From positions 392,350 through 456,349 of the forward strand of contig CAVWVQ010000002.1 in assembly GCA_963758525.1 (NCBI GenBank): a stretch of 64,000 bases of DNA. Direction: 5' to 3'. This document shows, in pieces, positions 43,319 to 54,282 of this stretch. Source of the DNA: an uncultured Phycisphaerales bacterium. GTDB taxonomy: Bacteria > Planctomycetota > Phycisphaerae > Tepidisphaerales > Tepidisphaeraceae. Within the stretch, counting starts at the first letter, position 1; each line of letters begins with the position of its first letter. The notes beneath the pieces were generated by a model, which did not search any database, was not told where the DNA came from, and worked only from the letters and a program-made list of their open reading frames with translations. The position numbers were made by a program, and so were the translations under genes.

Positions 43319-45661
43319 ATGGCATCCATCGGGAAAGATATTGCTCACGATTCGGCCGTAACGCACGTTACCGGCGAGTCAATCTTCCTCGACGACCTGC
43401 CGCCGCTGGCGGGCGAATTGCTGGCCGGCATTGTCCCGTGCCCCGTGGCCCACGGAACGATCAAACTGCTCGATCTGTCGGCGACCCGCGCGACCCCCGG
43501 CGTCATCGCGGTGCTCACCGCGGCAGATGTCCCCGGTCACAATTTCTTCGGCGCATCGGTCAAGGACGAACTCCTGCTGGTGGAGGACGAGGCGGTATTC
43601 CTTGGTCAACCCCTGGCGATCATTGCCGCCGAGAATGCTGAGGCGCTCGATTCGGCGCGCAGGTCGGCAATCGTCGAAATGAACCAGTTGCCGGCAATCT
43701 TCGGCATCGACGAAGCGATTGCCGCCGGTCATTTCTTTGGGTTGCCGCGAAAGATTGCGCGGGGCGACATCGAGGCTGGCTTTGCCGCCGCCGACCGCAT
43801 CATTGAAGGCACCCTTGCCATCGGCGGGCAGGAGCACTTCTATCTCGAGTCGCACGTCGCGATTGCCATCCCTGGCGAGCAGGGACAGATGCTGATTCAT
43901 TCATCGACGCAGCATCCCAGCGAGGTGCAGATGATGGTCGCCGAGGTGCTGGGGATTCCTTTCAATCATGTCGTCTGCGTTTGCAAACGAATGGGAGGCG
44001 GCTTCGGCGGAAAGGAAACCCAGGCCGCGCAGCCCGCAATGATGGCCGCCCTGCTCGCCGCCCGCACGCGCCGTGCGGTGCGGTTCGTCTATACCAAAGA
44101 CGACGACATGCGCTTCACCGGCAAGCGTCATCCGTTTAAAGCCTCATACAAGGCCGGTTTCACCTCCGATGGGCTGATCACCGGCCTCGATGTCACCCTC
44201 CATTCCAACGGCGGCTGTTCGACCGATCTGTCATTTGCCATCTTCGAGCGGGCGATGCTGCACATCGACAATGCGTACTTTCTGCCGAACGTGCGCATTG
44301 AGGGGCGCGTGTGCCGAACCAATCTTCCGAGCAACACGGCGTTTCGCGGATTCGGCGGGCCGCAGGGGATTGCGGTGATCGAGAATCTGATCGAAGAGAT
44401 CGCAGCCAGCCTGGACCTCGACGCGTTGTCGGTGCGCCGGGCCAATTGCTACGGAATTGCCGAAAGAAACACCACGCCCTACGGACAGCTCGTCCGCAAT
44501 AACGTATTGCCGCGGCTCTTCGACACCCTTCGCGAGGAATGCGATTACGAGGCGCGACGCGCCGCCATCACGTTGTTTAATTCCGCTTCCGTGACCCGTT
44601 TGAAAGGGATGTCCCTGTCGCCGGTGAAGTTCGGAATTTCGTTCACCCGCCGGACGATGAATCAGGCAAACGCGCTGGTCAACGTGTATCAGGACGGATC
44701 GGTGATCGTCACCACCGGCGCGACGGAGATGGGCCAGGGCGTGTACACCCGCATCAAGCAGATTGTCGCCGACGAACTGGGGATATCGCTCGAGAAGGTG
44801 ATCATCGCCGCGACGAGCACCGACAAAAACAACAATACCTCGCCGACGGCCGCCTCCTCCGGAACCGACCTGAACGGCGCGGCCGCCGCTGACGCATGCC
44901 GGCGCATTCGTGAACGCTTGTCGCTGGTTGCCGCCGGGTTGCTGGCGCGACCCGCCGACGGGCTCGCTGCCGAGCCCCAGCGGGTGCGATTTGTCGACGG
45001 GTCGGTCTTCGACGAGCGGGCGCCGCATCGGACGCTGTCGTTTCGTGACTTGGTCTGCGAAGCGTTCGAACAGCGTGTCAGTCTTGGCGAGCGCGGATTC
45101 TACATCACCCCCGGCGTGGACTTTAATCGCGAGACCGGACGCGGCTCGCCGTTTCTGTATTACACCAACGGCGTGGCTTGCAGCGAGGTGCTGATCGACC
45201 GGTTTACGGGGGACCTGAGCGTGACGCGTGTGGACCTCATCATGGACGCAGGTAAGCCGCTCAACCCCGGCATCGATCGCGGCCAGATCATCGGCGGATT
45301 CGTGCAGGGAATGGGCTGGGTGACCGGCGAAGAACTCGTGTACGGCCCCGGCGGCCAGTTGCTCTCCAACTCGCCGACCACGTACAAGATCCCCAACATT
45401 TCCGATCTGCCTGCCGTGTTCAACGTTCGTTTCCTGGACAATCCCGATTGCGACGTCAGTCTGTACCGCAGCAAAGCCGTCGGCGAACCGCCGCTGATTT
45501 TAGGATTGAGCGTATGGCTCGCCGTGAAAGACGCGCTGTGCGCATTGAGCGCCGACGCCGCCGCGCCGCTTCGAATCCCAGCCACGGGCGAGCAGATTCT
45601 GCAGGCCATCGAAGCATTGAAAGCCCGCAACAGCGCGCCGGTCGCGGTGGAAGGCAAATAA
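43319..45661 (+). CDS. xdhB: Xanthine dehydrogenase molybdopterin-binding subunit
   Basis: GGQEHFYLE, RMGGGFGGKE, AFRGFGGPQG, SPTAAS, SKAVGEPP. Confidence 0.95.
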   Translation: MASIGKDIAHDSAVTHVTGESIFLDDLPPLAGELLAGIVPCPVAHGTIKLLDLSATRATPGVIAVLTAADVPGHNFFGASVKDELLLVEDEAVFLGQPLAIIAAENAEALDSARRSAIVEMNQLPAIFGIDEAIAAGHFFGLPRKIARGDIEAGFAAADRIIEGTLAIGGQEHFYLESHVAIAIPGEQGQMLIHSSTQHPSEVQMMVAEVLGIPFNHVVCVCKRMGGGFGGKETQAAQPAMMAALLAARTRRAVRFVYTKDDDMRFTGKRHPFKASYKAGFTSDGLITGLDVTLHSNGGCSTDLSFAIFERAMLHIDNAYFLPNVRIEGRVCRTNLPSNTAFRGFGGPQGIAVIENLIEEIAASLDLDALSVRRANCYGIAERNTTPYGQLVRNNVLPRLFDTLREECDYEARRAAITLFNSASVTRLKGMSLSPVKFGISFTRRTMNQANALVNVYQDGSVIVTTGATEMGQGVYTRIKQIVADELGISLEKVIIAATSTDKNNNTSPTAASSGTDLNGAAAADACRRIRERLSLVAAGLLARPADGLAAEPQRVRFVDGSVFDERAPHRTLSFRDLVCEAFEQRVSLGERGFYITPGVDFNRETGRGSPFLYYTNGVACSEVLIDRFTGDLSVTRVDLIMDAGKPLNPGIDRGQIIGGFVQGMGWVTGEELVYGPGGQLLSNSPTTYKIPNISDLPAVFNVRFLDNPDCDVSLYRSKAVGEPPLILGLSVWLAVKDALCALSADAAAPLRIPATGEQILQAIEALKARNSAPVAVEGK

Positions 45662-45766
45662 GGCGTAAAGCGCCGCGTCGCCGATTCTCGAACAGAGCAA
45701 CCCTCCGAACGCTCCGCCGCACGGGCGGCTCGTAATCCATTCCCGTCGAAAATGCCGGTGGACAAC

Positions 45767-45836
45767 GTAGGGCGGGATTCATCCCGCCGCGGGTTCTGTA
45801 AAACCACAGACCACGGCGGGATGAATCCCGCCCTAC
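45767..45836. repeat. REP family B doublet (REPIN-like)
   Basis: GTAGGGCGGGATTCATCCCGCC ... GGCGGGATGAATCCCGCCCTAC perfect inverted pair. Confidence 0.9.
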
Positions 45837-45940
45837 ACGAAACCCGCGAGTTCGGATGGGACGAACCACCGCCCTGCTGTTGGAGGAATCACCTGATGAC
45901 ATTGACCGATTTGATCTGCACCGGTCCGTTGTGCAACTCA

Positions 45941-45983
45941 TTCCCCCCTCCCTTGGTACTCCGGGGGAGGGTTGGGGTGGGGG
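45941..45983 (-). repeat. REP family C copy
   Basis: CCCCCTCCCTTGGTACTCCGGGGGAGGGTTGGGGTGGGGG, near-identical to 21048-21090. Confidence 0.8.
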
Positions 45984-46233
45984 CTTCGCTCAGGCTCGCG
46001 CGGCTGATCATCGAAACGCTTCGCACGTCCTCAAAAACCCAGCCCTCTTCACCTTCCACGGACGGCGCAGGGAATAATCTTTCATTCTTCATTGACGACA
46101 CCCTGCATCACGCACGGCCTCCGAACGGTATATTCATTTCCGGATCAAACAGGCGGCACATTTGCTGATCCCGAACACGCGGTCGTTTCCGCGACCGCCG
46201 CGCAGCGCCTGCGCACGAGGCAGGAGCGACCAC

Positions 46234-48222
46234 ATGAGCACTGAATCGAACCCCGCCAAGCTCGGAAGCGATCTCAACGCGATGCCAGATCCCATGGCGA
46301 CCTTGGCTCCAGGCTCCGCCGACGGCTTCGGCACAGAGCAGCCGAACACGGCCGGTCCGTCCGGACGGCCCCCGCTTTCTGACCCTTCGACATTGAAGAT
46401 TGCCGGATACCGTGTCATTCGGGAAATCAGCCGCGGCGGACAGGCGATTGTCTTCGAGGCGATTCAGCTTGCGACGAGCCGGCGTGTGGCGATCAAGGTG
46501 CTTCGGGAAGGTCCCTTCGCGTCGCCGCAGGGCAGGGCGCGGCTGGAGCGGGAAGTGCTCGTGCTCGCGGCACTCGATCATCCGGATATCGTCCAGGTGC
46601 TCGATAAGGGGGTCGCGGCGGACGGCTCTTTTTTCCTGGTCATGCCGTTTCTCACGGGCCGGCCGCTCGACCAGTATTGGGACAGCTATCACCAGCGCGG
46701 ATCAGAGACTGCGAAAGACCCCGCCGAATTGATGCGGTTGTTCCTGCGGATTTGCGATGCGGTGAATGCAGCCCATCTGCGCGGGGTCGTTCACCGCGAT
46801 TTGAAACCGAACAATATTCAGGTGGACGAGAACGGCAATCCGCACATCCTGGACTTCGGCCTCGCTCGCACCGCCGTCCCGACTACCGACGAAGACGGCA
46901 ACCGTGACATGACCATCAGCGGCGAATTCCTCGGCTCGCTCCCATGGGCGAGCCCGGAACAGGCGGACGGTCTGTCATCGAAGATCGACACACGCACCGA
47001 CGTCTATTCTCTGGGCGTCATCCTCTACCAGTCGCTCACCGGCCAATTCCCTTATGAGGTGGTGGGCACCATGAGAGACGTGCTCAACAACATCCTCACC
47101 GCCCGTCCGATGCCCCCCAGCCAGGTGCTGGCAGCACGCGAGGCAAAGGAGGTGGCCCGTCTTCGCAAGCTCCGCACGAAACATCTGCCGATGGTCAATC
47201 CGGTAATCGAAGCGATCGTCCTCAAAGCCTTGAACAAACGGCGGGAAGACCGCTACCAAACCGCGGGCGAGTTCGCGCGCGATATCGCCAATTACCTCGC
47301 CGGACGCCCGACACTGGCGGCCGGAGCTCGCTCTTCCAATCCGGGTCAACGCCGTGCGTTGATCGCCGTTGCCGCAATCGCAGTCGTTGCGCTGGCGGTC
47401 GTTCTGGCGCTGCCGCTGCGACCGCGTCACGTCGCGCCCGCCGGCGCAACGAGCGAACACGCGGCACCAACTGCCGCGCCAATTCAATCGGCGCTGCCCG
47501 TAGCAGTTCGGCCGATTGCGCCGGTTGCCGAGGATTATCCCGCGCTGGTCAAGCGTCTTCCCGGACTGCTCGGATATTGGCGCTTCTCCAGTTCGCTCAA
47601 CAGCGATGTCAATGGCTACCTCGCCACTGCGCAGGGAGGCGCGTCGATCGTCCCGGAAGGCTCCGGGCCGATTCTGGGCGACAACGCACGCAACGCCGCG
47701 CTGTGGTTCCCCGTCGGAGGCGCTGGCGCGGCAGCGCCGTCGGTTCGCACGGACCTTGTGGGCGAGATCGCCGATGAAGGGACCATTCTCTGCTGGTGCT
47801 ATCTTGATGCGCTCCCCTCGGATGAGCACCACACGTTTTATATCGCCGGCGAAAGCGAGTTTCGCAACGATTTTGATCTCTACATCGATGGCGACAATCA
47901 CCTGAAGTTTTTTACCGATAACGGCACGTCCACCGTCAGCCCAATCCGGCTTCAAAGAAGCGACGTGCATGTCTGGCATTTCCTCGCAGCCACGTTCCTT
48001 GCTCATCACGATCGCGCGCTTTACATGGATGGAAAAGAGGTCGCCGTCAAACCTTGCGGAGCGCACGAAACCAGCAAAACCGCGCCATTTTGCATCGCGT
48101 CGGCCATCTCTTCACCGGCCAGTTTCTTTGTTGGACGTATTGCCGAAGTCGCCCTCTATCAGCGCGCTCTGAGCGGCGACGAGATCGCGTCGCTTTACAA
48201 CGCCGCGAAACCCGCTCACTGA
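46234..48222 (+). CDS. Ser/Thr protein kinase with TM and extracytoplasmic LamG/concanavalin-like domain
   Basis: VAIK, HRDLKPNN, DFGLAR, SPEQ, DVYSLG; WHFLAAT, LYMDG, G.IAEVALY.RALS. Confidence 0.92.
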   Translation: MSTESNPAKLGSDLNAMPDPMATLAPGSADGFGTEQPNTAGPSGRPPLSDPSTLKIAGYRVIREISRGGQAIVFEAIQLATSRRVAIKVLREGPFASPQGRARLEREVLVLAALDHPDIVQVLDKGVAADGSFFLVMPFLTGRPLDQYWDSYHQRGSETAKDPAELMRLFLRICDAVNAAHLRGVVHRDLKPNNIQVDENGNPHILDFGLARTAVPTTDEDGNRDMTISGEFLGSLPWASPEQADGLSSKIDTRTDVYSLGVILYQSLTGQFPYEVVGTMRDVLNNILTARPMPPSQVLAAREAKEVARLRKLRTKHLPMVNPVIEAIVLKALNKRREDRYQTAGEFARDIANYLAGRPTLAAGARSSNPGQRRALIAVAAIAVVALAVVLALPLRPRHVAPAGATSEHAAPTAAPIQSALPVAVRPIAPVAEDYPALVKRLPGLLGYWRFSSSLNSDVNGYLATAQGGASIVPEGSGPILGDNARNAALWFPVGGAGAAAPSVRTDLVGEIADEGTILCWCYLDALPSDEHHTFYIAGESEFRNDFDLYIDGDNHLKFFTDNGTSTVSPIRLQRSDVHVWHFLAATFLAHHDRALYMDGKEVAVKPCGAHETSKTAPFCIASAISSPASFFVGRIAEVALYQRALSGDEIASLYNAAKPAH

Positions 48223-48279
48223 ACGACCGTGCGTGATCCCTCGATCGCGCAGCGCGCTCTTTACCATCATGGCCAAACT

Positions 48280-48776
48280 CTATTTAAGCAGTGTCTCTGA
48301 CTTAGCGCTGCCTGCCCAGATTGACAACCTTTTTCCCCAAAAGTCCGAGACCCGGTACTCCATCGTCAACTTTCCAGAGTCGAAATCGGAGAGGTCAATA
48401 GCATCGGTATTGATCGACGCGGCTTCACCTGGTTGAAGCGTAACTGGGGCGAGCTTCGAGAGGCTTGGCACAATCAGATGTCCATCCTTTTTCGCTGTTC
48501 CGTTCAGGCCAACTGTTATAGCCAACGTGCCGTTATCGTCGCTGCTGTCTTGATCCAGCCTGTCGGTCACAACAGTTATGGGCTGATTTCCCACGTTGAT
48601 CAGTAACACGATCAGCTTGCGAATTACTTTAGCCTGCCCGTTCTCATCTTTAACTGGAGGATGTGGAGTTCAGATTGGATCTTGATAGGCGCAGCGGCGG
48701 AATCATCCGCACGCAGGCAGGCCGCGAGAATGAACACGATGCAAGCGCCGGCCGCCCCAACTTTCGTCGAACGCAT
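48280..48776 (-). CDS. Hypothetical secreted protein (frameshift near 48655)
   Basis: AGGAG RBS and signal peptide in one frame; VKDENGQAKVIRKLIVLL.. continues in another. Confidence 0.55.
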
Positions 48777-49291
48777 ATGACTCCTCTGCAAGATCATCTT
48801 CGCATGGCATATGCAAAGAGTCCCGGCCACAGATTCGTAGTTGAGCATTGGTCTATCGATAGGCCTGGATTTTCTAACCATTTGAGTAGGGTAATGACTT
48901 GTCGCCGCTCTTCAAACGCTGACGCAACAACAATGGTCGTTGCGAATGTCCATTCCTCTGATTTTCGCCGCCGTCAATGCGATAACGCTCCGCGGTTCCG
49001 GCAGAAAGCTTTTTCATTCGTTGGTCTGGGTGGTCAAACGCTGTCGGTTGAAAGAGTAAAATTTGACGCGGGATTGGCCAGGTTCGATAGTCTTGTGACT
49101 GGTCCGTCACCGGCGGCTAGCTACTGGGTTACACGGGGAAGCACATTGAAGAGGGGTGCCCGCTTCGATTGTGTTGCCGCCTGCCGGGGTTGCAGCTTAA
49201 TAACGAGGGATCGAACAACATCGACTTTCTCCGCGGCGCATCGGACCGCACGACCGCTGAGGTAAGTCAATTCATTGAAACCAGGGGCCGA

Positions 49292-52200
49292 ATGTCCAAT
49301 CTGAAGAAAATGCAAGTGCGTCGGAATATCGGTCAAGGTCAATTCGGGCGGTTGGTCCGGTGCCTGTTCGCTGAAGTTGAGAAACTGGAATCGCGAAGGA
49401 TGTTGTCGCACAGCGGCGACTCCCCATACGATCCACCAACCGATGCGGGGCATGTCGTGGTGGATACCGGAAGTGGGCTGGACACCGGTTGCACCTTCGC
49501 ATCAGGCGGGCCGCTTACGATCGATCTGCCGATCAGCCGATGCATCGACCCAACCAAGTTGGCAGCGCACATGTCGCTCCCGACGACCCTCACTCTGACC
49601 CTTCCTGCATATGACGTTGACTACGACGGAGATCCTGACGATCCGAGCACGCCCCCGGAACGTGACGAGGTCTATTTCGTCGGCAAGGATGGCGTGCGGG
49701 ACGATCTGGGGACCCTCGAAGGCGCCAACGATATCTGGCAGAACAACACGTTCCAGGTTCCGATCGGCGACGTCGATTTCGGAACCGAGGACGCGTCCGG
49801 CAACGTCACGCCGGGCAACAACCAGATCGTCGTGAATATCGACACCGCCTCCCCGCCCGGGGCGGACAATTGGTGTACCGCCGTCGACTGGGTCGCGCTG
49901 CAGGTGCCAGTGGTTGATCCGGTATTGCTGGTGCACGGAATATTGAGCAGTCCCGCGACCTGGGGTTCCAACGGCTCGGGATTTGATTGGGAAGACGGTT
50001 TATCCAGTTGGGGCATCCCGTGGGAAGCCATCGACTTGAGCGGCTACAACAAGGCGCTGAGCAGCATCGACAGCGATGCCGCCCAAATCGCCTCGACCGT
50101 CGAGACGATGAAGCAGACATTTGGCGTAGACAAGGTCAACATCGTTGCCCATAGCAAAGGCGGTCTCGATTCCCGGCAATTCGCCGAGACATCCGATTCG
50201 CTCGATACGCTGATCCAGCTCGATACCCCCAATGCCGGCAGTCCGTTGGCCACTGCCGCACTCGCGGGCCTGGCGCGACTTTCACTCCCCGCCGCCGTGA
50301 TCGGCACCCTGCTTGCTCCAGCCGGTCTGCAATTGACCCCCGAGTTCATGGCCGTTTACAACGAGTTTCACCCGCTCAACCCGGACGTGAATTACTATTC
50401 GATCGCCGGCAACTATACGTTCACGGGATTCGGCTCCGCCCTGCTCAACACCGCTTTCCAGAGCTTCTATGGCGGACCCAACAGCCTGATCGTCGCCAAC
50501 TCCTCTGTCTATTCACTCTCCCCCGGCATCACCTCGCTGCCCGCGTGGGACAGCAGCGGGAGCGATCATTCCGCCTGGCACACCGGTATCACCCATTCGC
50601 AGGGAATCTTCGACGAAGTAGCGCCATACTTGCTGTCAACTTCGACCGCCTCCCCAAATGTGCAGACCGTGACACCGTCGACGTCGTCACCCGCAGCCAA
50701 CCCGATTGCGCTCGCTCCCGAGGGCGGTGCCGTCGCCGCCGGACAGACCCAAACCCAGCAGTTCACGATCGACGCGTCGGCAACCGGGGCCACGGCCTTT
50801 ACCATTGACTACGACTCCGGCCTGCTCGGATACACGCTCACATCCCCGTCGGGTGTCACCATTGACCCGACCTATGTCGCGGCGAACCCCGCCGTCGCCG
50901 GATATGCCGAAGGCGATGACGCCACCCAAACCGGAAATAAACAGGACACCTACGTCATCGCGAACGCTCAGGCGGGAGTCTGGACCGCCAACGTGACCGG
51001 AACGGCGGTAACAGAGCCCTCGGGGTCCGAGCCGTACGTCGTCTCCGCTATCGAGCAGGCCAGCGGGATCATCATGCCCGTCTCCTCGGATGCCACCGCA
51101 TACACCCTCGGCCAAAGCGTCACACTAACGGCAAGTCCGACCCTCAACGGCACGCCAATCACCGGCGCCACTGTCGACGCGACCATCCTGCTGCCCGACC
51201 AGACCACCCAAAACGTCCCCCTCGTCGACAACGGAGCCGGCGTCTACAGCGGAACGTTTACCGCGACCCAGACTGGCGCTTACGCGATGACTGTCACCGG
51301 CCAAGCGGGCGGGTCGACGGCATTCTCGCGCCTCGGCGTCGCGGTCGCCGCCGTGTCGTCCGGCACCGCCACGCTCAGTGGGTCCTACAGCACCACGGCA
51401 ACCGACGCCAACGGTGACGGACTTTACGACACATTAACCGCATCCATCGGAGTGTCGGTCGGATCAGCGGGAAATTATCGCCTCACCGGGTGCATCACGG
51501 ATGCGGGAGGAGCGGTCATCGATACGCAAACCAGGGACATCGCTCTGCCCGCGGGAACGTCCTCCGTTGATTTGGATTTCGACGGATCGAAGATCTACCA
51601 GCATGGAGTTGACGGGCCCTACGACCTTACTCAGGTGTCGCTCAAGGAGGACAACGACGGGTTGCTCACTCCCGCGGCGGAGGCGCCACAAGCTGCCGCT
51701 ACTTCCGCCTATCAATACACCGATTTCCAACATGCTCCAGTCGTCGCCGAAGCCGGCGGAAGCAGCCACACCGCCGACACCGATGGCAACGGAGAATTCG
51801 ACACGTTGACTGTCTCGCTTCCGGTGACAGTATCTACCCCCGGCGATTATCAGTGGAGCGGCGAGCTGCTCGACGCCACCGGGCGTGTCGCCGCCCGAAT
51901 CAGTAACTCAGGAACGCTCGCCAGCGGCGCAAATAGTCTCGATTTCCCGTTCGACGGACGCGAGATCTGGAGCAATGGATACGATGGGCCGTATCATGTC
52001 GGTAACATCGCGATCGTCGGCCCCTCCTCCGAGGCAATCGATACCACCTCCTACACGACCCCCGCCTACACTGCGCCTCAATTCGAACATGGCGCGAATC
52101 TGGTCGTCACCAATGTTCAGTTCGGCGGACCCCTTGTTCCCGGGCAGAGCCAATCTGTGACCTATACGGTTGAAAACGTTGGGCCGACGACCACTGAATC

Positions 52201-53647
52201 CGCGACGTGGCACGACGGAATTTACCTTTCCCCCTCCGGCATGTTCAGTTCCACTGACGTCTTGCTGACCGACCAAACGCACTCGGGCACGCTGCAGCCC
52301 GGCGCTTCGTATACCGCGACGGCGACTTTCACCACCCCCAGCGGCGCGACATCAACGGACGCGGTGGTCGTGTTCACCGATTCGGCCAACCAGATCCGGG
52401 AAGGCGCCGCCGGCGAGGCCGACAACTTCGGTTCGTCCCTCGCTCTTTCTTTTACACTCGCTGCCGGCTCGCCCGCGACACCGATCGTCAATGGCCAGGC
52501 CGCGGCGGTTCCGGTTGCGGCAAGCGACCTTGGCGCCGAGGGCACCGCGACCACCTTCACCATCACCGATACCGCAAATCAACCCCTGACGGTTGGATCG
52601 TTGCAACTCCCGGCCGGGTTCGATCTGACGGCAGCGCCGCCGGCTTCAATTGCCCCGGGGCAAGCAGCCACGTTCGCGGTAGCCGTCTCTGCATCGGCGC
52701 CAGTCGAGGCTCTCTCCGGACAGTTGACGATCCCCGTCAGCGGTCAAACCATCTCCTTCCCGCTGAGCGGCCGCGTCTGGCAGGCGATTCCTGTTCCGGC
52801 GAAGAAGAAAGTCGTGTTTACGGACGCTTCCGGGCGGCAGGTCACCGCCCTGCTCGCCGGCCCCGGACGCGCCGAACTCCGCTTCGCCACCGCCTTCACG
52901 CTGCCTGCGGGAAAAACGACAGTTTACGCCGCCCATCAGAACCCCTCAGAGTTGCTTCTGAACGGCAGTACCGGCGCTTCGTCCATTTCTCTCGCCGTTC
53001 CGGGCCGGGCACAGACTGCCGTCGGCCTGATCACGATCAACGGGTCTGCGCGGTCCGTCGATGCGCCGTCCGCGACTATTGGCGGTCTCATCGTCACCGG
53101 CTCAGTCGCTGCGCTCACGGTCGGCAACGCCGGGGGCGGCGGGACGTGGTATGTTGGCGGCGCGATCGGCAAAATTCGTGCGGCGTCATTTGCCTCGGGA
53201 GCGATAGTGGACGTCACCGGCTCCATAGGTTCCATTATCACAACGGGTGACTTCGACGGTTCCCTGGCGGCGGCGGCCATCGGAACACTGTCCGTCGGAG
53301 GCGGCGCGAGCGGCACCAGGATCTATGCCGGAACGAACTTCGGAACCGACGCCGCGCTCGGCGGAACCGGGTCGGCCGCTGACACCTTCTATGCCGGCAC
53401 GATCTCGTCCGTCAAAATACACGGTGCAGTGAATGGATCGATCTTCGCCGCAGGCTTGAATCCAGTAAACGGACGCTACTTCGACGGCGACGATCTGCTG
53501 ATCGCCGGCGGCAGGATCAGATCGTTCACCGCCGCCTCGCTCAGCGCTGACAGCCGTGTACTAGCTGACATTTTGCCTGCGAAGGTGAAGCTCGGCCGAC
53601 TCACCGTCCTGCCAGCGGCGGACCCGAGGTTCAGTCTCAATTCTTGA
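49292..53647 (+). CDS. Large extracellular lipase-like multidomain protein with EKLESRRML motif
   Basis: VLLVHG, AHSKGG, TPNAGS hydrolase; D.NGDG.YD repeats; CARDB-like and Ig-like domains; shared C-terminal domain. Confidence 0.88.
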   Translation: MSNLKKMQVRRNIGQGQFGRLVRCLFAEVEKLESRRMLSHSGDSPYDPPTDAGHVVVDTGSGLDTGCTFASGGPLTIDLPISRCIDPTKLAAHMSLPTTLTLTLPAYDVDYDGDPDDPSTPPERDEVYFVGKDGVRDDLGTLEGANDIWQNNTFQVPIGDVDFGTEDASGNVTPGNNQIVVNIDTASPPGADNWCTAVDWVALQVPVVDPVLLVHGILSSPATWGSNGSGFDWEDGLSSWGIPWEAIDLSGYNKALSSIDSDAAQIASTVETMKQTFGVDKVNIVAHSKGGLDSRQFAETSDSLDTLIQLDTPNAGSPLATAALAGLARLSLPAAVIGTLLAPAGLQLTPEFMAVYNEFHPLNPDVNYYSIAGNYTFTGFGSALLNTAFQSFYGGPNSLIVANSSVYSLSPGITSLPAWDSSGSDHSAWHTGITHSQGIFDEVAPYLLSTSTASPNVQTVTPSTSSPAANPIALAPEGGAVAAGQTQTQQFTIDASATGATAFTIDYDSGLLGYTLTSPSGVTIDPTYVAANPAVAGYAEGDDATQTGNKQDTYVIANAQAGVWTANVTGTAVTEPSGSEPYVVSAIEQASGIIMPVSSDATAYTLGQSVTLTASPTLNGTPITGATVDATILLPDQTTQNVPLVDNGAGVYSGTFTATQTGAYAMTVTGQAGGSTAFSRLGVAVAAVSSGTATLSGSYSTTATDANGDGLYDTLTASIGVSVGSAGNYRLTGCITDAGGAVIDTQTRDIALPAGTSSVDLDFDGSKIYQHGVDGPYDLTQVSLKEDNDGLLTPAAEAPQAAATSAYQYTDFQHAPVVAEAGGSSHTADTDGNGEFDTLTVSLPVTVSTPGDYQWSGELLDATGRVAARISNSGTLASGANSLDFPFDGREIWSNGYDGPYHVGNIAIVGPSSEAIDTTSYTTPAYTAPQFEHGANLVVTNVQFGGPLVPGQSQSVTYTVENVGPTTTESATWHDGIYLSPSGMFSSTDVLLTDQTHSGTLQPGASYTATATFTTPSGATSTDAVVVFTDSANQIREGAAGEADNFGSSLALSFTLAAGSPATPIVNGQAAAVPVAASDLGAEGTATTFTITDTANQPLTVGSLQLPAGFDLTAAPPASIAPGQAATFAVAVSASAPVEALSGQLTIPVSGQTISFPLSGRVWQAIPVPAKKKVVFTDASGRQVTALLAGPGRAELRFATAFTLPAGKTTVYAAHQNPSELLLNGSTGASSISLAVPGRAQTAVGLITINGSARSVDAPSATIGGLIVTGSVAALTVGNAGGGGTWYVGGAIGKIRAASFASGAIVDVTGSIGSIITTGDFDGSLAAAAIGTLSVGGGASGTRIYAGTNFGTDAALGGTGSAADTFYAGTISSVKIHGAVNGSIFAAGLNPVNGRYFDGDDLLIAGGRIRSFTAASLSADSRVLADILPAKVKLGRLTVLPAADPRFSLNS

Positions 53648-53766
53648 AAATCCCAGTCGTAACGCCCCGTGCCAACGATCCACTCCGCAACCGTCGCGCA
53701 ACTCTTTAACACGGTGCAGAAAACAACGACAATCGATAATTTGCCGGAAAGATTGTCAGCGGATCA

Positions 53767-54213
53767 GTGCGATCCCTCATCCATCGCGGAGGCATTATGC
53801 TTTACCGAGACTTGACCGGTGGCGTACACACCACCAGGGAGGGCGCCGCTGCCGCGAACGGGGCAGAGCTTGCGAAAAGGGCGGCTGTTTCGCCGCCGCC
53901 CGAGAACCCGCCATTCCAGCTTGAAAAAGGTTGGCCATTCTCGTCCGCCACGAGTGAGGCGGAATCCTCCCGCTCCGCCAAGCCCAACCAAAGCGCGGCG
54001 GCGGGGTTCATCGTGCTGATCGTGATCGGATTGGTGATCGCCTCGAGCGGGAAGAAGGACGCGAAGGACGAACGCAACGGCGCGGCCGAATCCACCCCCG
54101 CCGCTGCCGACAAAGTCGACTCGCAGCCCGACGCGACGCCGACAGATGAACCTGCGGCTGTTCACCATGCGACCCGCGAATCTCACGGTCGCTATCCCGG
54201 CATTAACGACTGA
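53767..54213 (+). CDS. Hypothetical membrane-anchored protein
   Basis: Single TM segment (AAGFIVLIVIGLVIA); start uncertain. Confidence 0.45.
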   Translation: MRSLIHRGGIMLYRDLTGGVHTTREGAAAANGAELAKRAAVSPPPENPPFQLEKGWPFSSATSEAESSRSAKPNQSAAAGFIVLIVIGLVIASSGKKDAKDERNGAAESTPAAADKVDSQPDATPTDEPAAVHHATRESHGRYPGIND

Positions 54214-54282
54214 GGTGCGCGTTGCAGTCCCCAAGGGAGATTGCGGCAGCACGGATCTCACGCGTAGATAGCCCCCGCTCAA